A stretch of 64,000 nt of DNA from Vicugna vicugna (Eukaryota), in contig MU057416.1 of NCBI GenBank assembly GCA_013265495.1, positions 800,545 to 864,544 on the forward strand, written 5' to 3'. The stretch's first letter is position 1, and each line of letters opens with the position of its first letter. Shown here piece after piece: positions 49,871-63,854 of the stretch. The notes beneath the pieces are model-generated. The model saw only the letters and a list, made by a program, of their open reading frames with translations. It had not been told where the DNA came from and did no database searches. Position numbers and translations under genes: made by a program.

Positions 49871-51288
49871 TCTTTAAAGCAGAAGTTGTATGGAGGAGCA
49901 ATTTGCAAATGTTTCTAACAGCACTTTTTTTTAAAGCAGTGAGATGAATTTTAGGGAACGATGTTGAGGCCACTTGTTTCATCTACTGCTCCGATAAAAC
50001 TCTCTCTCGGGGGAGGGGGAAAGTGGCCACTGCACATAATTTCTTGCTCCCACTCAGTAAGAAGTCCAAGTGGACATGCTGTTGCTCTCACTGAACTACC
50101 TACCACGACGATATTTAATGAAGTTGGTAGTTTGAGAGGACGAGTGGCAGGATGTGTGCCACGAGACCAGAAGCCTCCAGCGTAACACAGGTCAGCTCTG
50201 CCCCAGCCTGAGAGGATCTGTGTCAGCAGCATGTGAGAAACAACTGCCCTTGAAGGTAACAGGTAGCTCCCAGGTAACAGCATCTGAGAAAAGCAGGACA
50301 GAAACCACCTGAGTACCAGCCTTTAGTGCCTGGGACTGAAAAGGAGCTTTCGTGGGAGCCTAAAGCGAAACAGGGTTTCCAGAGTATTTATATAATCTGC
50401 TATATTTTAAAATTTACAGACGTCGATCAAAGAGAAAGCAGTGGATTTCCCTAGATGTGAACTCGGGCCAGGCTAACCCTGTGCACATGATTGATGGGTT
50501 GACTCTCAACATCCTAGATGTAATTTTCCACCACATCTGACCAGCTAAATCCACACATTATAAAGGGTTTTGGCAACAGTTTTCACTTCATTGTCGGTGT
50601 TTTTTAAACGCGGGCAGAAATAGGGAGGAAATCCTCAAAAGAATGAAATCATCAGAGTAAGTTCGATTTGTGTATTTTCAGACCGTCAGAACAATTCTTT
50701 GAAGGCAGTTTGTGGTCATAATTTTATGCATGTTTCCTATACCGTCCGTGCCCGGAATCTGCCCTGATCTGGCTTCCTGGCTGGCTGCCCTCTTGTAAAA
50801 ACGGCAAAAATGGCACCCTGCCAGGAGGAACTGTCCCCGAGACAGGACACGCCCTGGAAGCCCATGGCACGGCGGGAGTCTGAGTCAGGAAAACCAGCCT
50901 CTTCGTCAGACTCCACCATGACTACCGAGCGAATCAGGAGCCTGCTTCCCTTGAGCTGCAGCAGCGATGGCGAGGATGACGCAACGCTAACCCCTAGTGA
51001 TGGAAGCACCGCGGCAGGCACTTCCTCGCTCAGACAACACCACAGGGCTGGAGTTCTTCTCCCAGCTTCGCAGGTGAAATAAGCAGAAGCCCAAGGAGGT
51101 GAAGGTGCTTTCCAAAGTCAGGGCAAGAGACGCCCGCCCCCGCCCCCAGCGCCTAAGAAGATCGGCAACGCTGACTCATCCGCCATCGGCCAGACCACAG
51201 GCTCCTCAAGGCGGCGCGGTCAGCTGAGTCCCGAACAAAACAACACGGTGGGACGGTGCTTCCCCCGGAGAACGAGTGCCTCGTATTG

Positions 51289-51348
51289 TCATCTCTCCTT
51301 GGCACCCGTTAACGTGCCTCCCAGAAGTTGCCTGGGTCTGAACGAAGT
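51289..51348 (-). other. Candidate start of a terminal exon (strong acceptor; stops soon reached in all frames)
   Basis: Minus strand: tttcacacttttctcttgttactattctctctctag | ACTTCGTTCAGACCC... Frames read TSFRPRQLLGGTLTGAKER*, LRSDPGNFWEAR* or FVQTQATSG...TAPP*. Not recognised. Confidence 0.3.
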
Positions 51349-52395
51349 CTAGAGAGAGAATAGTAACAAGAGAAAAGTGTGAAATGTTGTGTTGACATGA
51401 AGACCAGGGAGAAGAACATTTAAATCCACTTTGAAAAATAATTTTCATTTCTATCTAAGAAAATCGCCTCTGTCTTTAGTGACTTCTGCTGTCCAATTAC
51501 CAGAACGGGAGAAACAGGTATAAAAGACAATTTGAAATAAAATAAACTGTAGCCTTCGGTGCATGTAACAGTACTTTTCAATGAGTATGTGTTTTCAATC
51601 AATACAAAATTAGTTTCTGCCAAACCCCACGGGATGAAGGATGAGCAGTATTCTGTAAATGCCACTTCGGAGGGGGTCCAGGTTATTCGGAAGGCAGGGA
51701 TATATACCTTGTTTGATTCATCTACTTATTTATTCATTCATCCCCAAACCGTTACTGAACACGAGCACCCAGGGGTAAGCAGTGGACACTGCAGCCGAAG
51801 GCCTGGTGACCGCCCCAGGGACGTCTAAGGGGTGTTACTTAAACGCTTATATAAAAAGTGTTCACCAAGTTGTTCTATGTGCAAAGTGCTCTGTTTTACC
51901 CTTAGAATGAGAAGGGGGAGCACGCAGGCATCCACTTCAGACCATATGTGCCGGGCAGAAGGAAGGAAATCAGATTGCAGTGGTTCCGGATGAGAGGGCA
52001 CTGGTGGGACAGACAGAGACCACGACCAGCCCAGAGCCAGGACGGAGGGGAGCGGGCCTGGGGAAGCCTGTCCACTCTTCATCCACCCACTCTCGTGGTT
52101 CATGATGGGCAGAAAATTGTACCACCCAGAAGGACGTCTGGCTCCAGGGCTCACCTGCCAGTGGCCAGGCCACTTCCTGTCCCCGCCTCCTGGTCTTAAA
52201 GTGAGAGAATGTGGACCAGGTGGTCTGTGTGTTCCCATGAATTAATTTCAGCAGTGTGAACCTTTATTTTCTCATTTTATTCAGAGACGGGATTATCAAT
52301 GTAAATACGTTTTGATCTCTAAATTCAGCAACTGAACTTTCCTCAGTGGAAAGACTTACTTCCAAACATACCATGATCATCTTCCAAAGCATCTC

Positions 52396-53051
52396 TTTTT
52401 TTTTAAATATATTTCCACTGAAGTCTAGTCAGTTCACAATGTTGTGTCAATTCCTGGTGCACAGCACAGTGCTGTAGGAGGAACACACGTATTCATTTTC
52501 ATGTTCTTTTTCACTGTCAGTTACTACAGGATATTGAATACAGTTCCCTGTGCTCTACAGTAGGAACTTGTTTTATCTATTTTACATGTAGTAATACCTG
52601 CAAATCTCAAACTCCCAGTTTATTCCTTCCCACCCCCTTCCCCACTGGTAACCATAAGATTTTTTTCTATGTCTGTGAGTCTGTTTTGGTTTTGTGAATA
52701 AGTTTATTTATCTTTATTTTTAGATTCCACATATGAGTGATCTCATATGGTATTTTTCTTTCTCTTTCTGGCTTACTTCACTTAGAATGACATTCTCCAG
52801 GACCATCCATGTTGCTGCAAATGGCATTATTTCATTCTCTTTTATGGCTGAGTAGTATTCCATTGTATAAATATACCACAGCTTCTTTATCCAGCCATCT
52901 GTTGATGGACATTTAGGTTGTTTCCATGTCTTGGCTGTTGTAAGTAGTGCTGCTGTGAACACAGGGGTGCATGTATCTTTCTGAATTAAGGTTCACTCTG
53001 TAGATGCCCAGGAGTGGGATTGCTGGATCATATGGTAAGTCTATTTTTAGT
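52396..53051 (-). mobile_element. Young 5'-truncated L1
   Basis: ORF 52720-52962 '[60 protein letters not shown]' is the L1 ORF2 C-terminus. Probable TSD caaagca..tttt at 52385 and 53052. Confidence 0.95.
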
Positions 53052-55466
53052 CAAAGCACATTTTGAACACTTCTTGGCCAGTGGCAGTGAGCTGTGTGGT
53101 GGACAGTGAATCTCGGGAGCTTATTATTCAGGCAAAAATGATAAATAACTGTATAATATCTGTCTACATTATACTGAAACATGTATTTGAAAAGTAAAAG
53201 ATAAGATTGACAACAGGGTACCTTCTCAGCACCGCACCTTCCAGGAGGGGCCTCCCCCCGTTGGGCGCGCTGAGAGTCACTGACCTGCTGTGGTTTGAGG
53301 ACTCTCTTTGTTGATAAGTTCTATCTGTCACTATATCTGCAATTCTACCTTCACTGGTTTATGTCTTCATGTTAAGACATTATCTCTGGGATTTCTCATC
53401 CAAGATGCAAATCCTTAGAGAGTTTACTGCAATAAACCACAAGCCAAGAGGAGACTGAGGGGAGAAAATGTTAGGCACGTACATTCTGATGAATAAGAGA
53501 CAAAGAAAGTCCAGGAGAAATGGTTTGCCTTAGGGAGGCTGTCCCTCCAGACAGACAACCCCAGGTGATCAGAGGCCGAATGAAAGCCCTTCGCAGACCA
53601 GAGGGGAGATCTGGCTGCATCAGGAAAAGCAACGCTGGACGAGGTGGGAGCGTGCAGAATACAAGCCTGGCTCACTTGTAGTTTTTCCAAGGCTTAGTCC
53701 TAGTGCCAGGTGTGCGTCATCTGGCGAAAGGCGGGGGGACGGAACTCTTCATCCTTAAGGCCGAAGCATTTTCATTGTTTAGATATGTGCGTGGACTTGT
53801 CAGGAATGGTCGAAATTAGATGAGATATTGCATGTGAAATGGTTCATATCAGCTCAAGTCGGAAACAGATGTTCTCGGTTTTATTTTATAGAGAAAACAA
53901 GGGCGATGGGCTTTAGAGGATAAAGAGAAAGGGAAGTAGCTATATAAACAGGTTAAACTGTATCTGGCAGCGCAAGCAAATTTTGCCCCCAAAGCATCCT
54001 GCCTCCTCATAACCATAACATCCATCCCTCACTTCTGAACTGACGTGCAGGAGGTTTCTTTGGGAGAAAAGCTTTTGCCACCTGAGCACAGCAGGGCAGG
54101 AGCTGACTGGGATGGGCTCTTGTCAGGAAAGGAGGAGGCTGGGGGAGCAGGTCACCCCCCAGCGTGCCTGGGGACATCAGCATTTCCCCCGGGAGAAGCC
54201 CTGTTCTATACTGGGGGGACAGAATGACCCAGAGTAAGTTCCAAATATCAGAAGAATGAACTGAATGATTCAGAGTCCATTTACGCAGCGATGCGTGGAG
54301 GACGCTGATGGGGGCGGACCCTGCGGCTCCAGCTGGTGGATGGTGAGCTGTATCCAGCCACAGTGTCTGCAGTCGTCAGGGAGCGATTACAAAGCATCTC
54401 CACTTCTGAAAGTTGACCACAGTGGTAGTTAAGGACCAGTTCTCCACTCTCAAGTGTCTGCGATGGTCACAGAAACTCTTTTAAAACCTCTGGCTCAACA
54501 GGAAGAAGATCCAACCTTCAGACGGAGAAGAGACAAACGCTACTTCCTCCATGGAAATCTGAAGTCATTTTCTGCCGTCATTTTATGATGGTTCAAACTT
54601 ACACACATAAAGCTTGACCCCTTGACACAGCTCCAAGCACCGAATCCTATTACTCCAGATTCGGTCACCGTTTCCCAGACCACTGCCCCATCCTCGCTTC
54701 TGTTGGCTCCTTCTTTTTTATTTTTTCCACGATGAGCTAGAAGGAAACTGGGTGTTAGCCCTGATTTCAGAGAGAAAAATACCCAGAAGTTTCCACTCTG
54801 AATCCCCGAACAGTCAACATTCGTCACCTGAGGATGCTTTGAGCACAGAAAATAGCCTGGAGGCAGAGGCATTGCTGACAGCAATTAAGCGGAGGCCAGA
54901 GAAACAGAACACCGAGGTCTGCTGCAAACCGGTCTCAACTCAAGCACCAGGACTCCTCGAAATTTCTCGCTCTGATTAGTAAGTCCCCAGAAGAGAGTTC
55001 ACCAGCCACGGAGGTTTTATGGAGGTGTCACCAGAGCATCACCAGCCTGGCAGAGTGGCCTATGGCGGCCCAGCTGTGGAGTCTCTAGCCACGCCCTGCA
55101 ACCCGCCACCCCGGAGGGAAGTCTTGAAGGGACAGGGGCCAGAGGAGAGTCCTCCCCCGCCACACCCCTCCCTAAAGGCCACAGAGAATCAGAAGACAGA
55201 CTTCCTCGCAGGAGTTAGAACCAGGGGCAGAGAGGTCGGACACTGTCACTCCTCTGCCAGCACCCTTGCTGGCCAGGTCAGTGAAATCAAGGAGAGAACA
55301 CTTTACACCTGTTAGACTAGCAGAAATGGGGAGCTGATGACACGAGGTGAAGACAGGGACTTGGAGGCCAGGGGAGAGCGCAGAAAGGTAGGACTCTCCT
55401 AGAGAACAGTCTGGGAGCACTTAATCAGATTACACACATTCCTCATCGGTTTCCATTATATAAACA

Positions 55467-55680
55467 TGCCACACACACACACACAGACACACAGACACAG
55501 ACACATGCACACACACAGACACACACATACACACACATGCACACAGACAAGACACACATATGCACACACAGATACACTGACAGACACACAGATACAGACA
55601 CAGACACATACACACACACACAAAGACACAGACACAGACACGCACACATACATACACACACATACAAATACATATATATC
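55467..55680. repeat. Compound (CA)n/(CACAGA)n microsatellite
   Basis: Directly visible interrupted CA-rich run. Confidence 0.95.
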
Positions 55681-58509
55681 CCATACACATCTTTCAGTGA
55701 TCATTGTCTCCAAACTGGGAGTCAGGAAATTGACGGCAATTTGAGTACCTGTTACTGGGAGCGTGCACAGGAACAACATGGTGGGTGCACTCACTGATTT
55801 AATCAATAAATTAGAAGTACATGAATTAATAGAAAAGGATCTTATACACATACATGGGGGGAATAAACAGAATGAAACAAATAATGCAACTCCATCTGCA
55901 TAACTTAGAAACACAGGCACCCACAACCATAGTATCCATTTGGGAACAATGATTGCAAACAAAAACATCCACATTGAACATGACAGAAAGTTGCCTGTCG
56001 GGGAGGGGAGGAGGATAAAAGCAGGAAGTGGGTATAGGAGGAGGAGGGAGGAAACAATGGGAGGAGCCTTCCATGGAATTATGATGATTCACCAGAACTG
56101 GGAAATACCTTTAACGCAATCATCCGTATCTGAGCCCAAACAACATCCCGTCTGCACAGTCTGGCACAGACAGTGTTTCTCCTTTGTTACCTCCTCCTCT
56201 GTGTCAAGTCTTATGTGATGCAAAGTCGCACGCTCACAACAGACATTAGGCAGGAGAGGGGCAGACCAGGTGGATCCTCTGCAGACCCACGGGGGTCCCT
56301 CCACACGCCAAGCTGTCCAGGTCCACACCCAGAACCCTTGTGTCGAGTTCCTAGAAATCACTGCACTTCAAAGCTGGAAAAGAACTGAAATGTCAGTCAA
56401 ACTTCACATTCTACAGATGAGGGAGCTGGAACCCATCAAGATGACAAGCGACCCAGAAAGAGAACGCACAGCCCTTAACTCCAGCCAGGAGATTTCCCAC
56501 TGCACACTTCAACTACACAATGTAGCACGAAGCGACAAGACCTTGTATCATTTCTGAGGGCAGTGGCAGGGTCTCATTTGCCGGCCTCATTGGATCTAAC
56601 TCAGGAAGAATTTACATCAGTGAACAGAAGTTCACTCCAAAACACTGACCGGCCTGCCCTGCTCCTGGCAAGCTGACAGGTGCCGTAACTGTAAGGACCC
56701 CCCACTTCCATTCCGCACGTGTGGCCTCCTGGTCATGATGAGAGCTGGGGCCACGGCAGACCCTTATGAGCAGCAGTTGAATCTTGATTGAATCAGTGAG
56801 TTGCTATCATGATGAGGAACAAAGTTGTCTCTCTAAGCTGATTTTTGTGCCACCACAGTTCTCACCAGGAACACAGCAAACTAATTAGTCTATGACTCAA
56901 GACAGAGTTCGGTGCATTCCATTTGCTAAACCCCTTGATCTAATATTGAATTAACCTCCCTGGGGTCCTGCCATATTGATTTCTCTGCAGCAGCCACGTC
57001 ACACCGTGGCATGGGAGGAAGCAAGCAAAGCTTTTACACGCACTCCAGTAACAGCGCTTTTCGTTCTCCTGCACTCCCTACTGGTTCACGGCACCCTGCC
57101 AGGTCCCAAGTACCGGTCAACTTTTAGTCATCCTTCAAGACTCAACTCGAGTCCAGGGGAACTCCGAGCCCTCACTACACATCCAAAAAATAACCTGTTC
57201 ACTCTCTGAGGTCTTTTATCCCCACCTGCAGAGCCACAAGGCTGCAGGAACCAAGTCTTCTTCCTTATCCCTGTGGTACCTGCCCAATCCCTGGCTCACA
57301 GGAGGGGTTCAGCAGTTGAGCACGGTGGATGCAGAAAGCTGAGAGGCAGGATCGGGGGCCCGGTTAGTGTTTTCCAGGTGTATTAACGCAGAGATTCGAG
57401 CGCCCAGGACAGAGGAGGACCTGAGGTTCGGGCAGGCAGAGGGAGCAGCTCTGTGTAGGGACCAAGGGTAGGCTGGTCTCCCAGGTCAGAATCTCACAAC
57501 GGTTGACGGTAGGTTTTAAGCAAGAGGAGCAGCTACTCAGGCAACGTGCCTCACCAGCAGAATGTCAGAGAGCTCGGCAGAAAGCTGGACAGTGAAGGCT
57601 CAGGGACCAGGGAGTCGGACCTGGACTCAGTGCCCGTGGCTCTGAGCTGAGGGTGGTCTGTAAACTGGGAGCCAAGGACTGGGGCTGGTTTCAGAAAACT
57701 GGCCAACACAAAATCCAAGCTGGCAGCAAGTCAAAGTAAGTTGCTAGTGTGGACACCAAAGAGACCAAGAACAAACCGGCTGTGAGAGCGCTTACACACA
57801 GCTCCACGTGAATTCAGTAAGAGCAGACCACGTCCTCAAGTCTCCATCAAAAATGTGTGAGAGGGAAGCACTCATAGAAACACAACATACGCAGAGTCAG
57901 CCTCATAAAATCTCCCGGTTTTATTTCGCTGCGTATTCTGATACGTTAAAATAATGCTGCTGTCCCGAAACATTTATACTTAGGAGCTGCAGAGGGGCGT
58001 GGTTACGTCGTTCAGAAGTGGTTTATACATGACAGAGCCTTCCTGTTATGGTCTTGGAGCATACAATTGTAATGCTTATATGATAAAACTGCTTACTCAA
58101 TAATATTAACTTAAGCTTTCTAATTCTGTCTTTATTTTTATACATTTAAAAAATGCCTTTAAATTTTTTGATTTAAATCTACGGATTTACTTATCAGAAA
58201 ATCACGCCCAAAGTGAAAAAGACAGCCTGGGAGGCTGTTCTCTAATAGCTTGCAAAGTAACCTTTTTTTTTTGCAACGTTGTCTTTTTCCACTGTCAGGT
58301 CAGTTTAAAACTTTGCTGATAGATCAGTTCTCTCTCCAAAGCCGAGCACCAGGAAGTTTCTCACACACCATCAGACAGCCTTGACACCTCTCCAGAATGC
58401 CGGGTTAGCCTTTCCAGAAGATATTTTGGGGGAAGAAAATAATCTCTATCTCAGTGTACAATGTGGTAACAATGAAAAAAAAAAGTCATTTGGAAATTTT
58501 TCAGAATTA

Positions 58510-58790
58510 AAAAAAAAATTTTATTGACGTATCGATTTACCATGTCATGTTAGTTTCAAGTGCACAGCAAAGTGATTCAGTTACACATGTGTATACATAC
58601 AGATTCTTTTCCATTTTAGGCTATTACAAGATACTGAATATAGTTCTCCGTGCTGTACTGTAGGTCCCCATGGCTTACTCATTTTATATATAGCAGTGTG
58701 TATATGTCAATCCCCAAATCCTAATTTATCCCCCCTTTCCTCTTTGGTAACTGAGTTTTTTCTATGCCTGTGAATCTGTTTCTGGTTGTG
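58510..58790 (-). mobile_element. L1 3' UTR fragment
   Basis: 'ttttattgacgtatcgatttac...cagcaaagtgattcagttac...aagatactgaatatagttctccgtgctgtac...tttggtaac'. Confidence 0.9.
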
Positions 58791-59809
58791 AGTCTGAATT
58801 GGCTGTGACTTCCTGACTGGACGAGGGAAGGATTCACTGTGACAATCTAGGGCCCCTGGGGAGGGTTTGGAAGAACTGTTCCAGTTCAGCTCCTCTGGAT
58901 GTAGACCGACTTCCCTAGCTGACTTTCCCATAATGCACCTCTCCACGTCTCGACATTCGGCACTAACCCCCAGAAACCCCACTTCTCCTCACCACCCCCC
59001 CCACAACAGGCAAGGCTCTGGGGCTGCTCTGTTGTAATAACCGGATTGTTTAAAGAGAGAGAAATACACAACAGAAAGCTTCTAGCACTGTGCAAACACA
59101 CTGAATAACCTCCTGGAGTATTTCTGGCTTTATATAGAATGAGGTTTTTAGCTGTAAGGTGTACATGCCATTAGGAAACACACAGGGCCTGTCTTTGTTA
59201 AAGTCGACTTTTCAATGTTTTACAGAATTACAGGTTCCAAAAAAAGGTTTTCTAATGAAGTTGTTTATCAAAAACCTCTGAATGATGAAGAAGAAAAAGT
59301 CAGAATTTTTTTTAAGAAGTTTCCAGAAGCAGTTACCAAACTGCATTCCCCAATAAAAGTATTCCGGCACAGGAAGGGCTGACAGGCGTACCTCGCGCTG
59401 TGCTCCGTGGGGAGCTGGTTTAATGCCCATTTAGAGCAATCTGCTGATGTTCCCGCAAGAACCTTCTTGAAGACTACAGATTGCAGAGGACAGGTGATTG
59501 AAAAAGGAATTTAAAACGTTAGGAGGCTTACCGGGTTGTCAGAGGTGACGCGGGACAGAGTTCAGGGCTTCAGAGAGTCGCTCGTGCGTGCAGTCCGCTC
59601 TGCTCTCTCGCCCGAACGGAATGAGGACGGTTAGCGGAGGGCCTGACGCGACCTCGCAGACCGCGCTTTCCTCCACGGCCGCCCTCACGGGGCCAGCGTC
59701 CTCCCCGCACTCTGCCTGGCATCTGGGGTCACGTACCCGCGAGGGGCTCCTCAGGGCAGGCGGGCATTTGTTCCTAATTCTAACATTTTCTTTCAATGGA
59801 AACTTTGTC

Positions 59810-60078
59810 TAAACGCAATGTGGTTTCCTAGACCAAATCACGCACGGAAAAAGGATATTAGTGGGAAAAATGGAAAAATCTGAAGACTCTGGAAGTCAGT
59901 TAACGGTAATGTACAGATGTTCTTAATTTTTCCAAGTGTGCGAGGAGGGTATTATGAGATAGTAACAAGGAACGCCGGGTGAAGGTTGTCTGGGAACTCT
60001 CTACACTTCCTCTGAAACTTTTTTTGTAAACCTGAAATTATTTAAAAAATAAGATGTGTATTTTTTAAAAAAAAAAAA
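59810..60078 (+). mobile_element. L1MC-type 3' end
   Basis: 'gcaatgtggtttcctagacc...aaaaaggatattagtgggaaaa...gggaactctctacac...tgtaaacctgaaattatttaaaaaataa' plus an A tail. Confidence 0.75.
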
Positions 60079-60132
60079 CCTATGATATTCTTGTTAATAA
60101 GCATCGTATTTACCATTCCAGGCAAAACTTAC

Positions 60133-60146
60133 TTGACTCATGCTGC
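60133..60146 (-). other. Candidate 14-nt microexon
   Basis: Minus strand: ctaatttattttgtgtgcattttaaag | GCAGCATGAGTCAA | gtaagt. Confidence 0.3.
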
Positions 60147-63029
60147 CTTTAAAATGCACACAAAATAAATTAGATCTCCCAACAGCTAAACTAAAAACTC
60201 GAACTTGTCTTGGAAGAACAGATACTTATAAAGGCATCTGGAGAGTCTGTAATCTCATTATAAATCAAGTCATAGATAAAAGAGGATTCACAGAGCAGAG
60301 GATAAAAATGCCAAGACAGTCATATGGCTCTTGAAAGGATAACAAATTCAATTAATGGGGATTGTGAATTTCATATTTCTACAAAAAAAACTTGTATGAA
60401 AGCCGCTGAAACTCCTTTTTATTTTACCGTGACGTGCTCAACAGAGCAAATTATTAATTTATTTTAATTTAATCAAAATGTATTGACAGTGGGGGACTCA
60501 CTGCTCTGATTTGTGGTGTGTGTACTAAATAAACATAATACTGAACTTTCACGGATTCACAAAATCTACAAGAGTCCTTCCTCGTATAGGGCTACAGCTT
60601 GGGCCGCTGAAAGAGCAAACTTGCTAGGTAAAAATCAGTAACTACGTAAAAAGTACTTAAAAATGAATATAGAAAAATCGGGTTTTATGTTATAAATTTT
60701 CCTTTTCAATCTTCACTCGGATGAATTTCTGCTCTATCTCAGGGCAAGAAAAAAACTACATGAAGGTCTGCAGAGCGATGACTGAAGGAGCAAGAGCGGA
60801 AACAGTGACAATTACTGGCAGATGCCAATCATGAAACTCCCCACGGAGCCGTGACGATTCCTCCTCCCGCTGGCAGCGGCTTGTCCACAATCACCCTGGG
60901 TGATCAGTCTCGCGCCTACGGTGCAAGGACGTCAGGAAGGACACCCAGACGGCGCCTTCCAACACTTGGCAACTCTCGCTGCCGAGGAAGCTTCCCCTTA
61001 CATCAGTTTCCAAATTACGACATGATTCCACGTCAGGGAAACAGAGAGGACGTTAGTATGGCAGCCTTTCTAGCCATCTTTTCTCTCCTGGTACAGCATG
61101 GGTCAGTCCCTCAAAGACTGGTGCTCTCTAGATGAGTGAACCACATAGTTCCAGAGATGTTTCTCCCTGGATGGCGACTTCTCCATCACACTGCAAAACG
61201 TCACAGCAGACCTACGACGTCTACCCTGAAACCACCCCTTCGCGCTCCCTAACCTCACAGAGCTCCCTAACCCCAGGCACGTATTTATGAAAGACACAGA
61301 AAACGTCCACAGAAGGGTGAAGCATGGCCGCCCTCACTGAGAGCTGGGTTAGGACGGTGCTGAGACACCACGACCTCCCTGTGATGTCCACTGTGCAACG
61401 AGCTTCGCATTAACCAGACCCCACAGTCATGCTCCAAAGCAGGGAGCTTCTCAGACAACCACTGTCCCATAAACTACTTTTCCACACAATGTATAATCCC
61501 CAGGTGAGCTTATTACAGCTCCTTTAAAATAGCTTTTCACGTTAAGAAACTGAGAAATTTACTTAGACACTAAAATTAGCAAGTTATGTTGGATTTGCAA
61601 TTCTATTAATTGCTCTTCCCTTGTATTTCTTGGCAGAATCTGAAGACTTTGCGAAATTTAGCTCTACCTGAAGTTGACGAAGTACTTCAGGCCACTGGAA
61701 GTGTCACTGATGTCGTTTTCCAGGCCAATCTCAAATTGAAAACACGTTCATGCTTTCTACTCGGTTCTGTCACTCACTGCTCCTCAGTGACTCGCAGACG
61801 CTCCACGGTGATTGTTTAAACGAGGTTATTTGTGGGTATGACGTGACAATTTTTGACAGACCAAGTGAAAAACAGATTTGTTAGAAAAAATGCCCATTTT
61901 TTAATTTAAAAACGCTTTCAACGTTAATTGTATGTAGCAAACTGTGTTTCCGAGACCTCACTAAATTATCCTTGTAGTGTCCTGGTTAGTTGATATTTTT
62001 TTCCACTTTTCTATATAAAAATAAGGTAAAAATACATTGTAAAGCGCAGCATTAATAAAAAGCAGAATAGAAGCGTGATCTTGAACTTTGAATTCCAGCT
62101 CAGTGTTAAGCACATAAAACCTTTTTCATAAAAATAATCTAAATTTTTTTCATTACAGTGAAACTCCTAGACGGCTTAAGCCAGCTGTGACTTGAGGCAC
62201 TGAAAGAATAAACTTGGTAAGTAAAAATAAACAACTGTATTTCAAAATACAGAAAGAAAAAGAAGATTGCAGTTTATGAATCTGCCTTTTAAATCTTTAC
62301 CCAAGTGCATTCCTGTTCTAGCTAAAGGAAAGAAAAAATGTGCTAAGATCTAACGGAGTGGTAACTGGGAAATGACAATAAAAATGGCGATAACAGTATA
62401 AGGAGAGAGAGTGTTTGGAGACTTCTTGGCTCCATGGCCAAACCTGAGCATTTTGTTAGATTGTGTTTTTAATCCCCTCTGGATGACAGTATCTCTCAGT
62501 CCCCCCTCAATCTGAGTTCTCCCGTGGGCTGGTATTGGACGTTCTTCCTAGAATCAAGTTTCAAACACACGCTGTTGTCATGCTGGGTGAACAGCAGGAA
62601 GGGTTGGAATGAGCGGGGCCAGGGCTACGGGCTGGACGTGCCCACTGAATGGGCAGGAGCCTGGGTGTGTTCGGAAGCAAACAGCAGAGGAAATCCAGCT
62701 GCCAGGACTGTGGGGAGATGGCGTCCAGGACCAGGAAACTGGGGGTGATCCAGGCAGGCAAGGATGCGGTTGGTCAGCATCCGGGGAGACTGGAAAGGGG
62801 ACATTCAAGTCTTCCAAAGAGTTAGTAAAGCAAAGCATGTTGGGTAATGTGCTGATAGGAAGACAAACACGAGGCTGGCCCTGAACGTCAGTCGAGGCTT
62901 TCAATGGCGCATGGCAGCCTCTCGGGGGGGCAGCAAGAACAGAACTGGGCCTGGGTGTAGGACGTCCTGGGGACCTGGGCAGATCATTACAGCGGGGAAC
63001 CAGGAGGGGGGCAACCAAGTTCACCCTGA

Positions 63030-63195
63030 CGTTTCTGCTCAGTGGCCAAGGAGCTTCAGCTGTACACGATGAACACGTCCCAGACCTGCTGCACAACCTT
63101 GTGCGTGCCGTCCTCGGACCTGTGATGTGCCTAGACATTTGTCAAGAGGATAGATTTTGTGTTACGTGGTCTTACCACAATAAAAACAAAACAAC
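63030..63195 (+). mobile_element. L1MA/MB-type 3' end
   Basis: 'cttcagctgtacacgatgaacacgtcccagacctgctgcacaac...gtcaagaggatagattttgtgttacgtggtcttaccacaataaaaa'. Confidence 0.75.
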
Positions 63196-63539
63196 GAAAC
63201 AAACTCAGTCCCTGACCCAGGGCAGAAGGCAGAGGGGTCTTGGTCATGGAGCAAGGCCAGGTCCGGCCACTAGGACCACGATCAACTCAGAGCCCTGGGA
63301 GCATCGCCGACTGACCTCAGATTGAAAGAATTATAGGCCAGTAGCCTCTCCTTGCATATGCCTCGTTCTCCTCTTTGCAGCACTTTGAGCAAAGGAGCGA
63401 CACAGTAACTTACAGCCATTAAAAACGTTCTCTGGCATCTTACTGGAGGCTGCACTGACAAGGCAGAGAAGGGAAGCCTGGACGAGAAAGAGCGAGAAGC
63501 CCCCTCAGCCGTGGCGGTGAGCGCGACTCAAACCGAGGC

Positions 63540-63790
63540 GGCGGCGGCAGCAGGGGGAAGTGGGCGGGCCGCACCTGAGGGGGACGCAGAGGGCTTCCTG
63601 ACGCGTGGACGCACACCGTGAGGGGAGACGGGGTCAAGGCCAGCCGCGAGGCTCTGGGCTTGAGCAGCTGAGCACGCTGAAGCTGGCATCTGGTGAGATG
63701 AGGTCGCCAGGAGAGAACACGCAGACAGGGTGAGGAGAAAGGTGAAGGCTGAGCCCCGCAGCATCCAGCACAGAGCGGCAGGGGGACAAG
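63540..63790 (-). mobile_element. L2 fragment, strongly GC-shifted
   Basis: 'ggggtcaaggccagccgcgaggctctgggcttgagcagctgag...ctggcatctggtgagatgagg' parallels antisense L2 'ggagtcaaggatgactccaaggtttttggcctgagcaactgg...ttgccatttactgagatggg' (from memory). Confidence 0.6.
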
Positions 63791-63854
63791 GAGCTGGCGG
63801 AAGAGCCCGAGAGTCGCCTCGAGGACATGAGCAGAAGCAAGAACGCACAGCGTG

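Noticed and set aside
55430..55974. Cys/Val-rich and His/Thr-rich ORFs
   Set aside because: Translations of the CA microsatellite.
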